DNA of 32,000 nucleotides from Vallitalea sp. (GCA_025210515.1 JAOARM010000015.1:34555-66554), one strand, 5' to 3'. Counted from the stretch's first letter, positions 8,382 to 17,897 are shown. The notes: a model not told the origin generated them from the sequence alone. Numbers and translations: made by a program.

Positions 8382-11042
8382 TTAATCAATTCTTTTAAGT
8401 TCTAAGTAAGTATTATTTATAGTAACAATCAACGTATTTTCATCTTTAATAATGAATGTTGAAGCGAATATTTCTTCCCATTCTGTATTTTCATCTTTAT
8501 AAACATTTACAATTGTACTTTCATTTTCATTGATACCAATGTTATTATATAAAATTCTATTTCTATCTAAAAAATCATTCTCATTAACATATTCCTTTTT
8601 ATAGCTAGGATTCTTACATGCTCTTCCATCAAAACTAGCCATTTCAGTAGAATATATAATCTCTCTTCCTATTAATTTATCAATGTCTTCTCTGGAATAA
8701 ATAGAAGGTACGTTAACTGGTATTGCTCTTTCTATTATCCATTTACCATAAAACATCTCTTGTAGCTCAGAGTAATCAATGTCATTTCCTTCCTTATCAA
8801 TAATATATAGATTACCTTTTAATTGAGTATTCTGTTCGTCTATTAATGAATCACTAATAAATACTGAGAATTTTTGTTTATAATGATCTAAGATAATATT
8901 AGTAAAAGGAAAATTTCCCATATCTATAATTTTATTTTCATCTAATAAGTACATCTTAATACTAGTATCATCAAAAGTATTGTTATAGAATATAACTGAA
9001 TTTTTATTATTAATCCAATTCATTGATATGAATCTATCACTGTCTTCAATTGAAAATATTAATTTATTATTGACTAAATCAACAATTTTATAATGTTTTT
9101 CATCTAATATCATAAAATACTTAGATTCAGGTGACATAAATTCCATCGAACTATATTTCTCAAATATGCTTTTTTCTTTAGTTTTGAAAGTATATCTATT
9201 GATTTGAAACCCGTTATCTCCAAAAGTATTAACATATATATTATCGTACATATCCCAAAAAACTTCTCCACTTGGTCTTTGAAATCCAATACCTATCTCA
9301 TCTACTTTAGTATATTCACTAGTGATAATATCATAAACAAATATTTTATGCATATCATCTAAACAGAATGAATAAGCTATTTTTGTTTTTGTTCTATTTA
9401 ATGCATATTTCAAATAATAATAATCTAAATGCCTATTCTCCTCTTCCAGAAAAGGACAGAACCTTTCAATACTTAATGGTTTTTTTTGTAACTCTACAAT
9501 ATTATATATATATCTACCTGTTAATAATACTTCATCATTTGAAATCCAGTATACAGGATTATTTCTATCCAATATATTGCACCATTCAACTTCATCAATC
9601 AATTTATTTGAATCATTTAGATAGTATCTTTTTCGCCCTTCCATACCACGTAGAAAATCAAAACTTACTCTAATATAATTTTTCCCATCTGGAGAATAAT
9701 ATTTAAACTCTGGGTATACATCTTCATCTAATAATGATAGATTACTCATATCACTATTATCTTCAATTTCATTTGTTAAATTAACGGGAGCATATGCTAT
9801 ATTTATTTCATTAATATCAATTTTATAAATATCACCAAATTCTTTATTGCTCTTAGATGTATAAATAACTAAATTATCCTTTTTGAAATCTAAATACTCC
9901 ACTTTATTTCCTTCAACTATATTTTCTATTAATATCTTATCTAAAATAGTATGTTCTAATAGCGAAAATATTGTTATTCCATCATCATTATAGATAGCAA
10001 TAATGTTTTCATCAATCCAAGTAAATATCTTTGAGTCTAAATAATATACTATAGAGTTATCATAAGTATTAAATATTCCTTTTCCATATTTATTACTTAT
10101 AATATGATATGTATGATTAGGTGAACTATCGATTAATTTACTTTCATTTTTATACATTATTTTTTTATTATTAATACTATGGTACTTATAGATTTTATAA
10201 GTACCATTTCCATAGTGATTAAAATATAGCTCATTAGCCTCATTCCAAAACATTTTAAAATCTTTAATAATAATCTTATCATTATCACATAACTCATTTA
10301 AAATAGTTTTCCACTCTTTTGAGCATATATCATATACATATATTAATTGAATATTATCTTCTCCGATTATATTATAAGCAATTGCTTTTTTTGTTCTACT
10401 AACTGAATAGCTAATCACATATTGGTTTTTCCCTTTATCTAAAACACTAGAAATATCTATATATTCATTAATATTATTATATATATCAAAGATATACCTT
10501 CCAAATATGATTACTCTAGTGTTATCAATCCAAATAACAGGTTGTTCTATTTCTTTATGTAACATATCAGATAATTTTTCCATACTATTAAGTTTAATCG
10601 TATTAGTATCAAGAGGTTCAATATTTTCATTTAAATACAATTCCTTAACTATAATACTATCACTTATAATCAATTTTGTTGTTATATAATTCTTTTTATC
10701 TGGAGAATAATATATATCCTCATTACAAATATTTTTATATAGCTCCCTATTGGTTTTATTAACATTGCTGATATGGTTCATTGTAATAGTGTCTGTTTTA
10801 TTACTCTTGTTATGCTTAATCTTACATTCTTCTGTATCGGACTTGGTTTTCCCTTCTTCTTGAATTTGGTCTAATTTATTATCTGGACAACCATTTTGAT
10901 CTACATTAGTATTTATAACTGTTTGTTCTAATAAGTTATTTAAAACATCACTCTCGATTTTACTTGTATTATTTATATTATTAGAAGTAGAACTACAACT
11001 GCATAATAAAAAAATACATATAATAATAATGTGTCTACGCAT
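8382..11042 (-). CDS. Large lipoprotein with two tandem PD40-like modules plus a distinct C-terminal domain; function unknown
   Basis: N-terminus MRRHIIIICIFLLCSCSS (lipobox-like LCSC). Module 1 has IYYSPDKKNYITT, WIDNTRVIIFGRYI, SRTKKAIAY and IYVYDI. Module 2 has FKYYSPDGKNYIRVSFDF, YYLND, WISNDEVLLTGRYI, NRTKTKIAY and IFVYDI. RBS AGGAGG is 10 nt upstream. Confidence 0.7.
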   Translation of the reverse strand: MRRHIIIICIFLLCSCSSTSNNINNTSKIESDVLNNLLEQTVINTNVDQNGCPDNKLDQIQEEGKTKSDTEECKIKHNKSNKTDTITMNHISNVNKTNRELYKNICNEDIYYSPDKKNYITTKLIISDSIIVKELYLNENIEPLDTNTIKLNSMEKLSDMLHKEIEQPVIWIDNTRVIIFGRYIFDIYNNINEYIDISSVLDKGKNQYVISYSVSRTKKAIAYNIIGEDNIQLIYVYDICSKEWKTILNELCDNDKIIIKDFKMFWNEANELYFNHYGNGTYKIYKYHSINNKKIMYKNESKLIDSSPNHTYHIISNKYGKGIFNTYDNSIVYYLDSKIFTWIDENIIAIYNDDGITIFSLLEHTILDKILIENIVEGNKVEYLDFKKDNLVIYTSKSNKEFGDIYKIDINEINIAYAPVNLTNEIEDNSDMSNLSLLDEDVYPEFKYYSPDGKNYIRVSFDFLRGMEGRKRYYLNDSNKLIDEVEWCNILDRNNPVYWISNDEVLLTGRYIYNIVELQKKPLSIERFCPFLEEENRHLDYYYLKYALNRTKTKIAYSFCLDDMHKIFVYDIITSEYTKVDEIGIGFQRPSGEVFWDMYDNIYVNTFGDNGFQINRYTFKTKEKSIFEKYSSMEFMSPESKYFMILDEKHYKIVDLVNNKLIFSIEDSDRFISMNWINNKNSVIFYNNTFDDTSIKMYLLDENKIIDMGNFPFTNIILDHYKQKFSVFISDSLIDEQNTQLKGNLYIIDKEGNDIDYSELQEMFYGKWIIERAIPVNVPSIYSREDIDKLIGREIIYSTEMASFDGRACKNPSYKKEYVNENDFLDRNRILYNNIGINENESTIVNVYKDENTEWEEIFASTFIIKDENTLIVTINNTYLELKRID

Positions 11043-11098
11043 ATCTTTACAACCTCCTAATAAAATATTGGTTCATTTAAAAAGCTAGTCAATTAATT

Positions 11099-12253
11099 TT
11101 ATGGTAATATAAATGAAATTGAAGCAACTCTTAAGTTGGAATCTAGTTCAAAAGACAAATAACCTAATTCTGAAAATTTTACTCTTATTGGCTTACCTTT
11201 CTCATACATAATTTGACCAAAATTGCCAGGATGCTGTGCTTTTCCATATAAAGGTAAATAAAGTTCTCCGTATTCACTTATAATTTCGTTGTTTTCGTAA
11301 GGGAATTTATTAATTACATCTCTAATATCATCACCTACTTCGATACCACGTATTATCGGTATTCCGGGTTTTGTTATTTTGATTGCTATAATCATTGAAG
11401 ATGCATTATATTCTGTTGGCGTAGTGAATTTTATTTCATAACCATTATAAGACCTTACTTCAATATATTCATTCTCATAATGTTCTAATGGTTCTCCAAA
11501 TATATCATAGGCATTTGATATTGAAATATTATATATTGGTTCTCCCATAATACTTAATTCTCTATAATAGAATGGAAGCCTAGCACTTTTTTTAATTATA
11601 TCTTCATTTCTAACTTTTGTTAGCTCAATTATATGCACCTTATTATGAGATTCATATTTATATGATATCTGTATTGTATTATTAATAAATTTAATACTAC
11701 CCTCTACACTAGAATAGTAGTTAACCAATAAGCTATCATCAATTTTAAATTCAGCAATTTCTTTATCTATAAATTTAGCAGTACCAGTAAAACCATATAG
11801 ACTTATGTCGTTAATTCCATTTATTTCTAAACATTCAACATCATAGAATTGAAAGTCAAAAGAATTATCATCTCTATTATATATTAGCAATTGATATTGT
11901 TTTTTATTATTCTGTGATTCCCACATGCCTAATAAATTTTCTTTATTAATAATATTATTTTTTATATTATCATTAGGCTCTATTATAAATTCTATTTCAT
12001 TATTAACTTCATCCTCAATCTGCTTAGTATCAAACGATTCAACTTTCTTATCATGTTTTTTAGATTCTTCCTCTATTAAATAATCTTTTACTTTATAATC
12101 ATTTTTCTTAATGTATATTTTAATTTCACTTAATATATCATTACTATCAAAAACGAATTCTAAGTTTGATACCCATAAATTATTGATTCTGATATGTACG
12201 CATTTTTTCAACCCCCCTAGATATTCTTCAATGTTGTTTATAATGTTATCCAT
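11099..12253 (-). CDS. Hypothetical protein, first gene of the accessory operon
   Basis: Long ORF followed by the lipoprotein genes with short gaps. The track start (12307) is a GTG without an RBS. It would add an uncharged hydrophobic segment (FYFENIYLLIIILGLYV). The first ATG is at 12253 with only a weak AGG upstream, so the start is uncertain. No family recognised. Confidence 0.55.
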   Translation of the reverse strand: MDNIINNIEEYLGGLKKCVHIRINNLWVSNLEFVFDSNDILSEIKIYIKKNDYKVKDYLIEEESKKHDKKVESFDTKQIEDEVNNEIEFIIEPNDNIKNNIINKENLLGMWESQNNKKQYQLLIYNRDDNSFDFQFYDVECLEINGINDISLYGFTGTAKFIDKEIAEFKIDDSLLVNYYSSVEGSIKFINNTIQISYKYESHNKVHIIELTKVRNEDIIKKSARLPFYYRELSIMGEPIYNISISNAYDIFGEPLEHYENEYIEVRSYNGYEIKFTTPTEYNASSMIIAIKITKPGIPIIRGIEVGDDIRDVINKFPYENNEIISEYGELYLPLYGKAQHPGNFGQIMYEKGKPIRVKFSELGYLSFELDSNLRVASISFILP

Positions 12254-12342
12254 AACGTATAAACCTAATATTATAATTAGCAAATAGATATTTTCAAAAT
12301 AAAACACTATTATATTACATCAATATATTATTTTATTTTTAT

Positions 12343-12371
12343 ATTATATGTTATATTAACCTAACTATCAA
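12343..12371 (-). promoter_or_regulatory. Sigma-A type promoter for the accessory operon
   Basis: On the minus strand: TTGATA (12366-12371), a 17 nt spacer, then TATAAT (12343-12348). Confidence 0.55.
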
Positions 12372-12539
12372 GATTTATGTTATAGTTAAAGTATAAATGA
12401 TTAATTAATTACTTATTTATACCCTAGTTTTCCCAAATGATTATATGTCTATATACATGATAAAATAAATAGTCTCCAAATTAATTACAATAATTTTATA
12501 TCATTATTCAATAATTTTAATTAAATAATATTTAGTACC

Positions 12540-12568
12540 TTGCATAATACAATAGCTTATGCTATACT
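12540..12568 (+). promoter_or_regulatory. Sigma-A type promoter of the padR operon
   Basis: TTGCAT (12540-12545), a 17 nt spacer, then TATACT (12563-12568). Confidence 0.55.
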
Positions 12569-12575
12569 ATACTTG

Positions 12576-12596
12576 CTATAGTACATTGCACTATAG
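12576..12596. promoter_or_regulatory. Inverted repeat CTATAGT-N7-ACTATAG just downstream of the padR -10; candidate autoregulatory operator
   Basis: Perfect 7 bp arms read from the sequence. Its position over the predicted transcription start fits a repressor site. Confidence 0.4.
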
Positions 12597-12697
12597 TCAA
12601 TAGTTAACTATATATATTATTAATTACAACTATATAATTTAGGAATTATATAGGATAATAAAGATTTTTCTAGAATAATAAATTAGGAGGTTGATTA

Positions 12698-13015
12698 ATG
12701 AACATACAGTTCAAAAAGGGCGTCTTAGAATTATGTGTATTATCATTACTTGCAAGAGATGACTATTATGGTTATGAGCTTGTTAAAAAGATTTCTAATA
12801 ATGTACGCATATCAGAGGGTACTATATATCCTTTACTAAGAAGACTAACAAAAGAAAATTATTTCGAAACATACTTAAAAGAATCTAGTGAAGGGCCACC
12901 TAGAAAGTATTATAAATTAACTAAAAAAGGTCTTGAGGCTAAGGAAGAACTCAGTAATGAATGGTATGACTTTGTTTCAAGAGTAAACTCTCTAATTGAG
13001 GAGGACAACAAATGA
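12698..13015 (+). CDS. PadR-family transcriptional regulator (short, winged HTH)
   Basis: Contains [10 protein letters not shown]...[40 protein letters not shown], a typical PadR signature. RBS AGGAGG. The stop overlaps the next start (ATGA). Confidence 0.9.
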   Translation: MNIQFKKGVLELCVLSLLARDDYYGYELVKKISNNVRISEGTIYPLLRRLTKENYFETYLKESSEGPPRKYYKLTKKGLEAKEELSNEWYDFVSRVNSLIEEDNK

Positions 13016-13611
13016 ATAAAGATGAGTATTTAAAAAAACTAGATAAATTATTAACGAATCTTCCATATGATGAGCGAAGAGATATAATGTATGACTATGA
13101 AGAACATTTTAATTCTGCTATTCAAGATGGTAAGTCCCAAGAAGAAATAGCAAAAGAATTAGGAAAACCAGAAAGAATTGCTTTATCATATATTAATAAA
13201 AATGATTATAATAACAATAATAATTCATCAACTGTAAATAATCATGTAGTATCTAACAATAAGACTAGAATTTCTATACCTCTTTTAATTATAATGTTAT
13301 TTTTTAACATAGTTTTCGTTGCTGGAATTTATATAGGTATATGGGGAGTATTATTCGGATTTATTACTTCGGGAATAGCTATTGCAGTATCTTCTATTGT
13401 GGTACTTTTTGCATCAGTATTTTCATTACCATTAATGTATGTATCCGTTCCATTTAGTATATATACATATCCATTATTAGGTGTATTGTCATCAGTGTTT
13501 TTATTAAGTCTTGGAGTTCTAATTACAATAGGAACTTTTTATTTAATAAAGGGATATATACATTTAACTATCAAATATATCAACTGGAATAAAAATATAG
13601 TTAGGAGATGA
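13012..13611 (+). CDS. DUF1700-type membrane protein that typically partners with PadR
   Basis: The N-terminus [57 protein letters not shown] is the characteristic DUF1700 helical domain. It is followed by an N-rich linker and about 4 TM helices. It is translationally coupled to padR. Confidence 0.8.
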   Translation: MNKDEYLKKLDKLLTNLPYDERRDIMYDYEEHFNSAIQDGKSQEEIAKELGKPERIALSYINKNDYNNNNNSSTVNNHVVSNNKTRISIPLLIIMLFFNIVFVAGIYIGIWGVLFGFITSGIAIAVSSIVVLFASVFSLPLMYVSVPFSIYTYPLLGVLSSVFLLSLGVLITIGTFYLIKGYIHLTIKYINWNKNIVRR

Positions 13612-13615
13612 TCTT

Positions 13616-14722
13616 ATGAAATATAATAACATAATGAAAAAACTTGCAAAAATATTTACCATTACATTAATTAGTTCATTTATCGGGATTATTATATATT
13701 TATCAATTAATAAAATACCCTTTATTAATTTTAGAAATAGCTATGTACATCATAATATAAATATCCCAAACATAAGTAATAATAGTAATAAAGTGCCCGA
13801 TACCTTTACTGATACATTTTTAACTACTGTAGCACAAACTTTTAAAAACTCATCACCAATGAATAATGAATATGATAAAATCTCAGATACAATTACAAAA
13901 ACTTTTTCAAGAGATGCCAAAACTATTGATATTTCTTGTTCAAGTGCAACTTTAGATTTTATTATAGAAGATAGAGATGATATAAAAGTAGAATATAGCT
14001 ATACTAAACCAGACACCCCAAAATACAAAGTTATATATGATACAACTTATAAAAATAACACTATAAAAGTTACACAAAGTATTAAAACACTTAACTTTGC
14101 TGGGAATATATCTAGTGATAAATATAATAACGATATTACCATATATGTTCCTACGGATTACACTGCTGATACATTAATTATAAAAAATTCTTTAGGTGAT
14201 ATTAATAATAGTGATTTCTATAACAATGTATCTAATATTGACTTCTATGCTAGTCTTGGAAATATTAATATTAAGTTTAACTCACCTAAGAACTTAGTAA
14301 CGTTAGATAGTTCACTAGGCGATATATCTCTAAATAACAATTCAACTATCAAACAATTAAATGTTAAGGCTAGCTCTGGGTCTATTAATATAACATCTAC
14401 TGGCGAGATCAATGATGTAATAGCAACTGATAGTATGGGGGACATTGATCTGGAATCTACTGAAAAGATTAATACCTGTAAACTTTTTGCTAGCATGGGG
14501 GATATAAAAGCATATTTTAAAAAACCTATAGATAAATTTAATATTCGATCTAACATGGGTGATATTGATATGAAACTTCCTAAAGATCAAGATATTAATA
14601 TATATGCTAAAACATCTATGGGCGATATAAAATCAACTTTTCCTATTCTAAAAGATGATGAAACAAAAAATATCTATTATTTATATTGTAGTATGGGTGA
14701 TATAGATATTAAAGAATATTAA
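13616..14722 (+). CDS. Membrane-anchored DUF4097-type beta-strand repeat protein (LiaG/YvlB-like 'putative adhesin')
   Basis: N-terminal TM anchor, then roughly 10 copies of an S(L/M)GDI repeat about 20 aa long: SLGDIN, SLGNIN, SLGDIS, SSGSIN, SMGDID, SMGDIK, NMGDID, SMGDIK, SMGDID. RBS AGGAG. Confidence 0.8.
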   Translation: MKYNNIMKKLAKIFTITLISSFIGIIIYLSINKIPFINFRNSYVHHNINIPNISNNSNKVPDTFTDTFLTTVAQTFKNSSPMNNEYDKISDTITKTFSRDAKTIDISCSSATLDFIIEDRDDIKVEYSYTKPDTPKYKVIYDTTYKNNTIKVTQSIKTLNFAGNISSDKYNNDITIYVPTDYTADTLIIKNSLGDINNSDFYNNVSNIDFYASLGNINIKFNSPKNLVTLDSSLGDISLNNNSTIKQLNVKASSGSINITSTGEINDVIATDSMGDIDLESTEKINTCKLFASMGDIKAYFKKPIDKFNIRSNMGDIDMKLPKDQDINIYAKTSMGDIKSTFPILKDDETKNIYYLYCSMGDIDIKEY

Positions 14723-14764
14723 ACATATAGTATCATTTCATAAATGTATATGTTACAAATAGAA

Positions 14765-14814
14765 GACAGCCTCATTGATTATAGCTTTTATAAAAGTTAT
14801 ATTATGAGTCTGTC
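14765..14814 (+). terminator. Composite hairpin after the DUF4097 gene
   Basis: GACAGCCTCAT pairs with ATGAGTCTGTC (1 mismatch). It encloses a second near-palindrome and is followed by ATTTCTATTATT. Confidence 0.4.
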
Positions 14815-14980
14815 ATTTCTATTATTAAATTAATTAAATAAAGTACTTATATAACTATCTTATCTTAAAAAATAATTAAATTTATTAAAAACATTTAAAA
14901 CTATAGACTTGCATATATCTTTTATATATAATAATCATATCTATTATATATATCCTATTTATAATCAGGGGGTTTTAATA

Positions 14981-15514
14981 ATGAAATATGTACCAAATAT
15001 ACTAACTATCATTAGGCTTTTTCTTGTTCCATTATTTCCAATAATCTTTTTTGCACCTATAGATAGAGCACATACATATGCGTTAATTATTTTTCTACTT
15101 GCTGGTGTAACTGACTTTTTAGATGGTTATCTTGCAAGAAAATATAATGTTGTTTCAGTAATTGGAATAGTATTAGATCCTTTGGCTGACAAGTTAATGT
15201 TACTTACTACGTTAGCCTGCTTATATATATCAGATTACATTCCGTTATGGGTCTTAATAATCATACTTATAAAAGAAGCATCCCTTGTATTATCAGGCAT
15301 ATTCTTATATTTTAGAAAAGAAAAAACAGTTATACCTTCAAATAAATTTGGTAAACTTGCAACTATTACTTTTTCAATAGCTATTTTCTTACTGATTATT
15401 ATTCCTAACCATTCTATAAGTATAATAGTTTTATCCATAGCCATTTTTCTAGAGTTCATTGCATTAACAAGCTATATTTCTCATTACTTTAGAAATGTAC
15501 GAAAAAATAGATAA
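14981..15514 (+). CDS. pgsA: CDP-diacylglycerol--glycerol-3-phosphate 3-phosphatidyltransferase (CDP-alcohol phosphatidyltransferase family)
   Basis: Contains the DGYLARKYNVVSVIGIVLDPLADK motif (DGx2ARx8Gx3Dx3D) and multiple TM segments. The ATG at 14981 has AGGGGG upstream. The track start at 14909 is a TTG extension. Confidence 0.85.
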   Translation: MKYVPNILTIIRLFLVPLFPIIFFAPIDRAHTYALIIFLLAGVTDFLDGYLARKYNVVSVIGIVLDPLADKLMLLTTLACLYISDYIPLWVLIIILIKEASLVLSGIFLYFRKEKTVIPSNKFGKLATITFSIAIFLLIIIPNHSISIIVLSIAIFLEFIALTSYISHYFRNVRKNR

Positions 15515-15529
15515 TGATAGAACAGAAAA

Positions 15530-15555
15530 AAACCTACTTACATATAAGTAGGTTT
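15530..15555 (-). terminator. Intrinsic terminator between convergent pgsA and the 378 aa gene
   Basis: Perfect 11 bp stem AAACCTACTTA/TAAGTAGGTTT with a 4 nt loop. The T-run follows the stem only on the minus strand. Confidence 0.65.
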
Positions 15556-15722
15556 AAAGTGTATATATCATAAATAAAAGGGGGGATAGTTTTCATACTT
15601 AATATACCATGCTTATATGTATATTTAATGTCATTACCATTACAATTTAATTACATTAAAATTATTGGATAAATATATTGTTCATGTAGTTATCAATATT
15701 GCTCTTTTTTATTATTAATACA

Positions 15723-16859
15723 TTAATTATTAAGGCATTCAATGGACTTAATCCAATATCCATACTCTCCTACTTTGGTTTTAGCTTTTGAGCAGCATTC
15801 AAAATCATTAAAACCATAGAAATGTGCAGCAACTTTATTTTTAGGATAGTAAATTCCTGGAACACCAAGTATTAAGAATGATTGATTAGGAAAACTATTT
15901 TTATCTCTACCTAATATTAGATGTTTATATTTTTGATAAGCATTTAATAAAAAAGTATTATTTGTTAACATCCAAGAATCCAGTGGAAAATATATTATAT
16001 CTGCTGGCTCAATTCTAATCCACTGCTTATCTTCTTGTTTACACTCAAAAGGATTAATGTTGGGATAATTATTAAATAAATTATTATGTATTCTTCTTAA
16101 CTCCTCATTATCGAAATGATTTTTCATAATATCAAATGTTTGGTTGCCAATATCATTTATCTCAATCGGCTTATTTACTTTATCATCTATTACTTTGTTT
16201 TCATTTATTATATTTTTATTAGTCTTATCTTTTACTTCTATATCAACTTTTATATCCTTCTCATTTTCAACAATATCTTTATTACTAATTTTTTCTTTGT
16301 TATTTATTACTGTATCTTTATTATCATCTACTGTCTTTTCCTCTGGTTGTGCCTCTTCTATAATTTCTTTATGACTTTCTTTTTCATTAATATATTCATG
16401 ATTTTGCTTTTGATATGATGGTTCTACATTGTTCTTATTAATTGATATATTTTTTTTCCAAGATGTATCTACTTGTTGGAGATAAGCAGCTAGAGGAATT
16501 ACATATTGGGTTTCACTTGTTTTTTGATGAATTACAATTATAGAAAAATCATCTAAAGAGTATTTCGTATTAACTACGTTATTAACATCCGTGCTTATAT
16601 TCAAGCTACCTAAGTTATTATTATCAAAAATAAGATTACCAATTGGCACTAGATTAACATTATCATTAATATTAACAAGATTAACTTCATAACTCTGATC
16701 ATTTAGCTTCTTTAATCCATTTATACAACATTTTATTCGGCATTTTTCTCCTCTTGTTTCAATTTTACAATATCCATAAGTATTCTTATTCTGAGTGGTG
16801 AAACCTCTATCTTCCTCTATAAAATCTATAACTTTTCTATTATACTTATTAAAATTCAA
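15723..16859 (-). CDS. Hypothetical protein with a K/E/N/D-rich low-complexity linker; family not recognised
   Basis: 378 aa ORF. TTG start 8 nt after AAAGGAGG. Cys-containing N-terminal domain (YGYCKIETRGEKCRIKCCING). Low-complexity centre at about aa 150-235. Conserved-looking C-terminal domain (LILGVPGIYYP...GEYGYWIKSIE). Confidence 0.6.
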   Translation of the reverse strand: MNFNKYNRKVIDFIEEDRGFTTQNKNTYGYCKIETRGEKCRIKCCINGLKKLNDQSYEVNLVNINDNVNLVPIGNLIFDNNNLGSLNISTDVNNVVNTKYSLDDFSIIVIHQKTSETQYVIPLAAYLQQVDTSWKKNISINKNNVEPSYQKQNHEYINEKESHKEIIEEAQPEEKTVDDNKDTVINNKEKISNKDIVENEKDIKVDIEVKDKTNKNIINENKVIDDKVNKPIEINDIGNQTFDIMKNHFDNEELRRIHNNLFNNYPNINPFECKQEDKQWIRIEPADIIYFPLDSWMLTNNTFLLNAYQKYKHLILGRDKNSFPNQSFLILGVPGIYYPKNKVAAHFYGFNDFECCSKAKTKVGEYGYWIKSIECLNN

Positions 16860-16863
16860 TATA

Positions 16864-16915
16864 AAAACCTCCTTTATACATATATATTTATAATTAGGAG
16901 GTTTTATTATAGTTT
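16864..16915 (-). terminator. Hairpin after rsmA that also sequesters the RBS of the downstream 378 aa gene
   Basis: Perfect 10 bp stem AAAACCTCCT/AGGAGGTTTT with a 22 nt loop. On the minus strand the 3' arm is the downstream RBS, followed by TTTTTATA and then the TTG start. Confidence 0.55.
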
Positions 16916-16961
16916 AAACTAAGTATTTAATTATTATATATTTGTCCCCATGCAGAATTTG

Positions 16962-17828
16962 TTATCGTTCTTTTAGTATATTAGAAAGAGTTGCAAATTG
17001 TTCTAAGCTTAGAGCTTCTCCTCTAACTCTCTCATCTAAACCTGTTTTTTCTATTGCTTCTTTTATCTTCTCTTTGTTTAGTTCATTATTTAGATTGTTA
17101 TATAGACTATTAACAAGAGTTTTTCTTCGTTGGTTAAATGCAGCTCTTATAATCTTAAACATGAATTTCTCATCATGGACTTTGATTGGGCTTTCAATAT
17201 GCTTAGTCAATCTAATTACTGCTGAACCAATTTTAGGTCTAGGCATGAAGCAGTTAGGTGGAACATTTGCTACAATATATGGTTCACTATAATACCCAAC
17301 AGCTAAAGATAAAGCACCATAATCTTTTGTTCCAGGCTGTGCCTTCATTCTATCTGCTACTTCTTTTTGAACCATTACTGTTATACTTTCAACTGGGACA
17401 TTATTTTCAAATAACCCCATTATTATTGGAGTAGTTATATAATAAGGTAAATTAGCTACTACTTTTATTGGTTTACCATTATTTTTCTCTTCTACTAACT
17501 TCACTAAGTTAACTTTTAGAATATCTTCATTTATTATAGTAATATTACTATACTCACTTAAAGTATCTTCTAATATTGGAATTAACATTTTGTCAATTTC
17601 AATAGCAATAACTTCTTTTGCATTTTCTGCAAGTTCTTGTGTAAGACTTCCAATTCCTGGACCTATCTCAATAACAACATCTTCTTTATCAATATTAGCT
17701 GATCTTACTATTTTATTAAGAACATGGGAATCTATTAAAAAATTCTGCCCAAACTTTTTTTGGAATGCAAAATCATATTTACCTACTATTTGTTTAGTTC
17801 TTGTTGGAGAAGCAATTCTTTCAATCAT
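16962..17828 (-). CDS. rsmA: 16S rRNA (adenine1518/1519-N6)-dimethyltransferase RsmA/KsgA
   Basis: Contains KKFGQNFLID, VIEIGPGIGSLT (SAM-binding) and NLPYYITTPI motifs. Confidence 0.93.
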   Translation of the reverse strand: MIERIASPTRTKQIVGKYDFAFQKKFGQNFLIDSHVLNKIVRSANIDKEDVVIEIGPGIGSLTQELAENAKEVIAIEIDKMLIPILEDTLSEYSNITIINEDILKVNLVKLVEEKNNGKPIKVVANLPYYITTPIIMGLFENNVPVESITVMVQKEVADRMKAQPGTKDYGALSLAVGYYSEPYIVANVPPNCFMPRPKIGSAVIRLTKHIESPIKVHDEKFMFKIIRAAFNQRRKTLVNSLYNNLNNELNKEKIKEAIEKTGLDERVRGEALSLEQFATLSNILKER

Positions 17829-17897
17829 TTAATATACCTCTTCATTTCGTATTTATGTTTGATTTACATAAGCAATATATTAAAAATTTATTCTATA

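Noticed and set aside
5717-12596. A shared TGCACTATA 9-mer between the acpP palindrome and the padR operator-like repeat, hinting at PadR control of acpP
   Set aside because: Only 9 nt are shared, and the palindrome geometries differ (16 bp contiguous versus 7-N7-7). A match like this is expected by chance in 32 kb of AT-rich DNA.
15723-16859. YabG sporulation protease, expected after ksgA by Bacillus synteny
   Set aside because: The translated sequence shows none of the YabG features I remember, and its length and architecture differ. I kept it as an unassigned protein.
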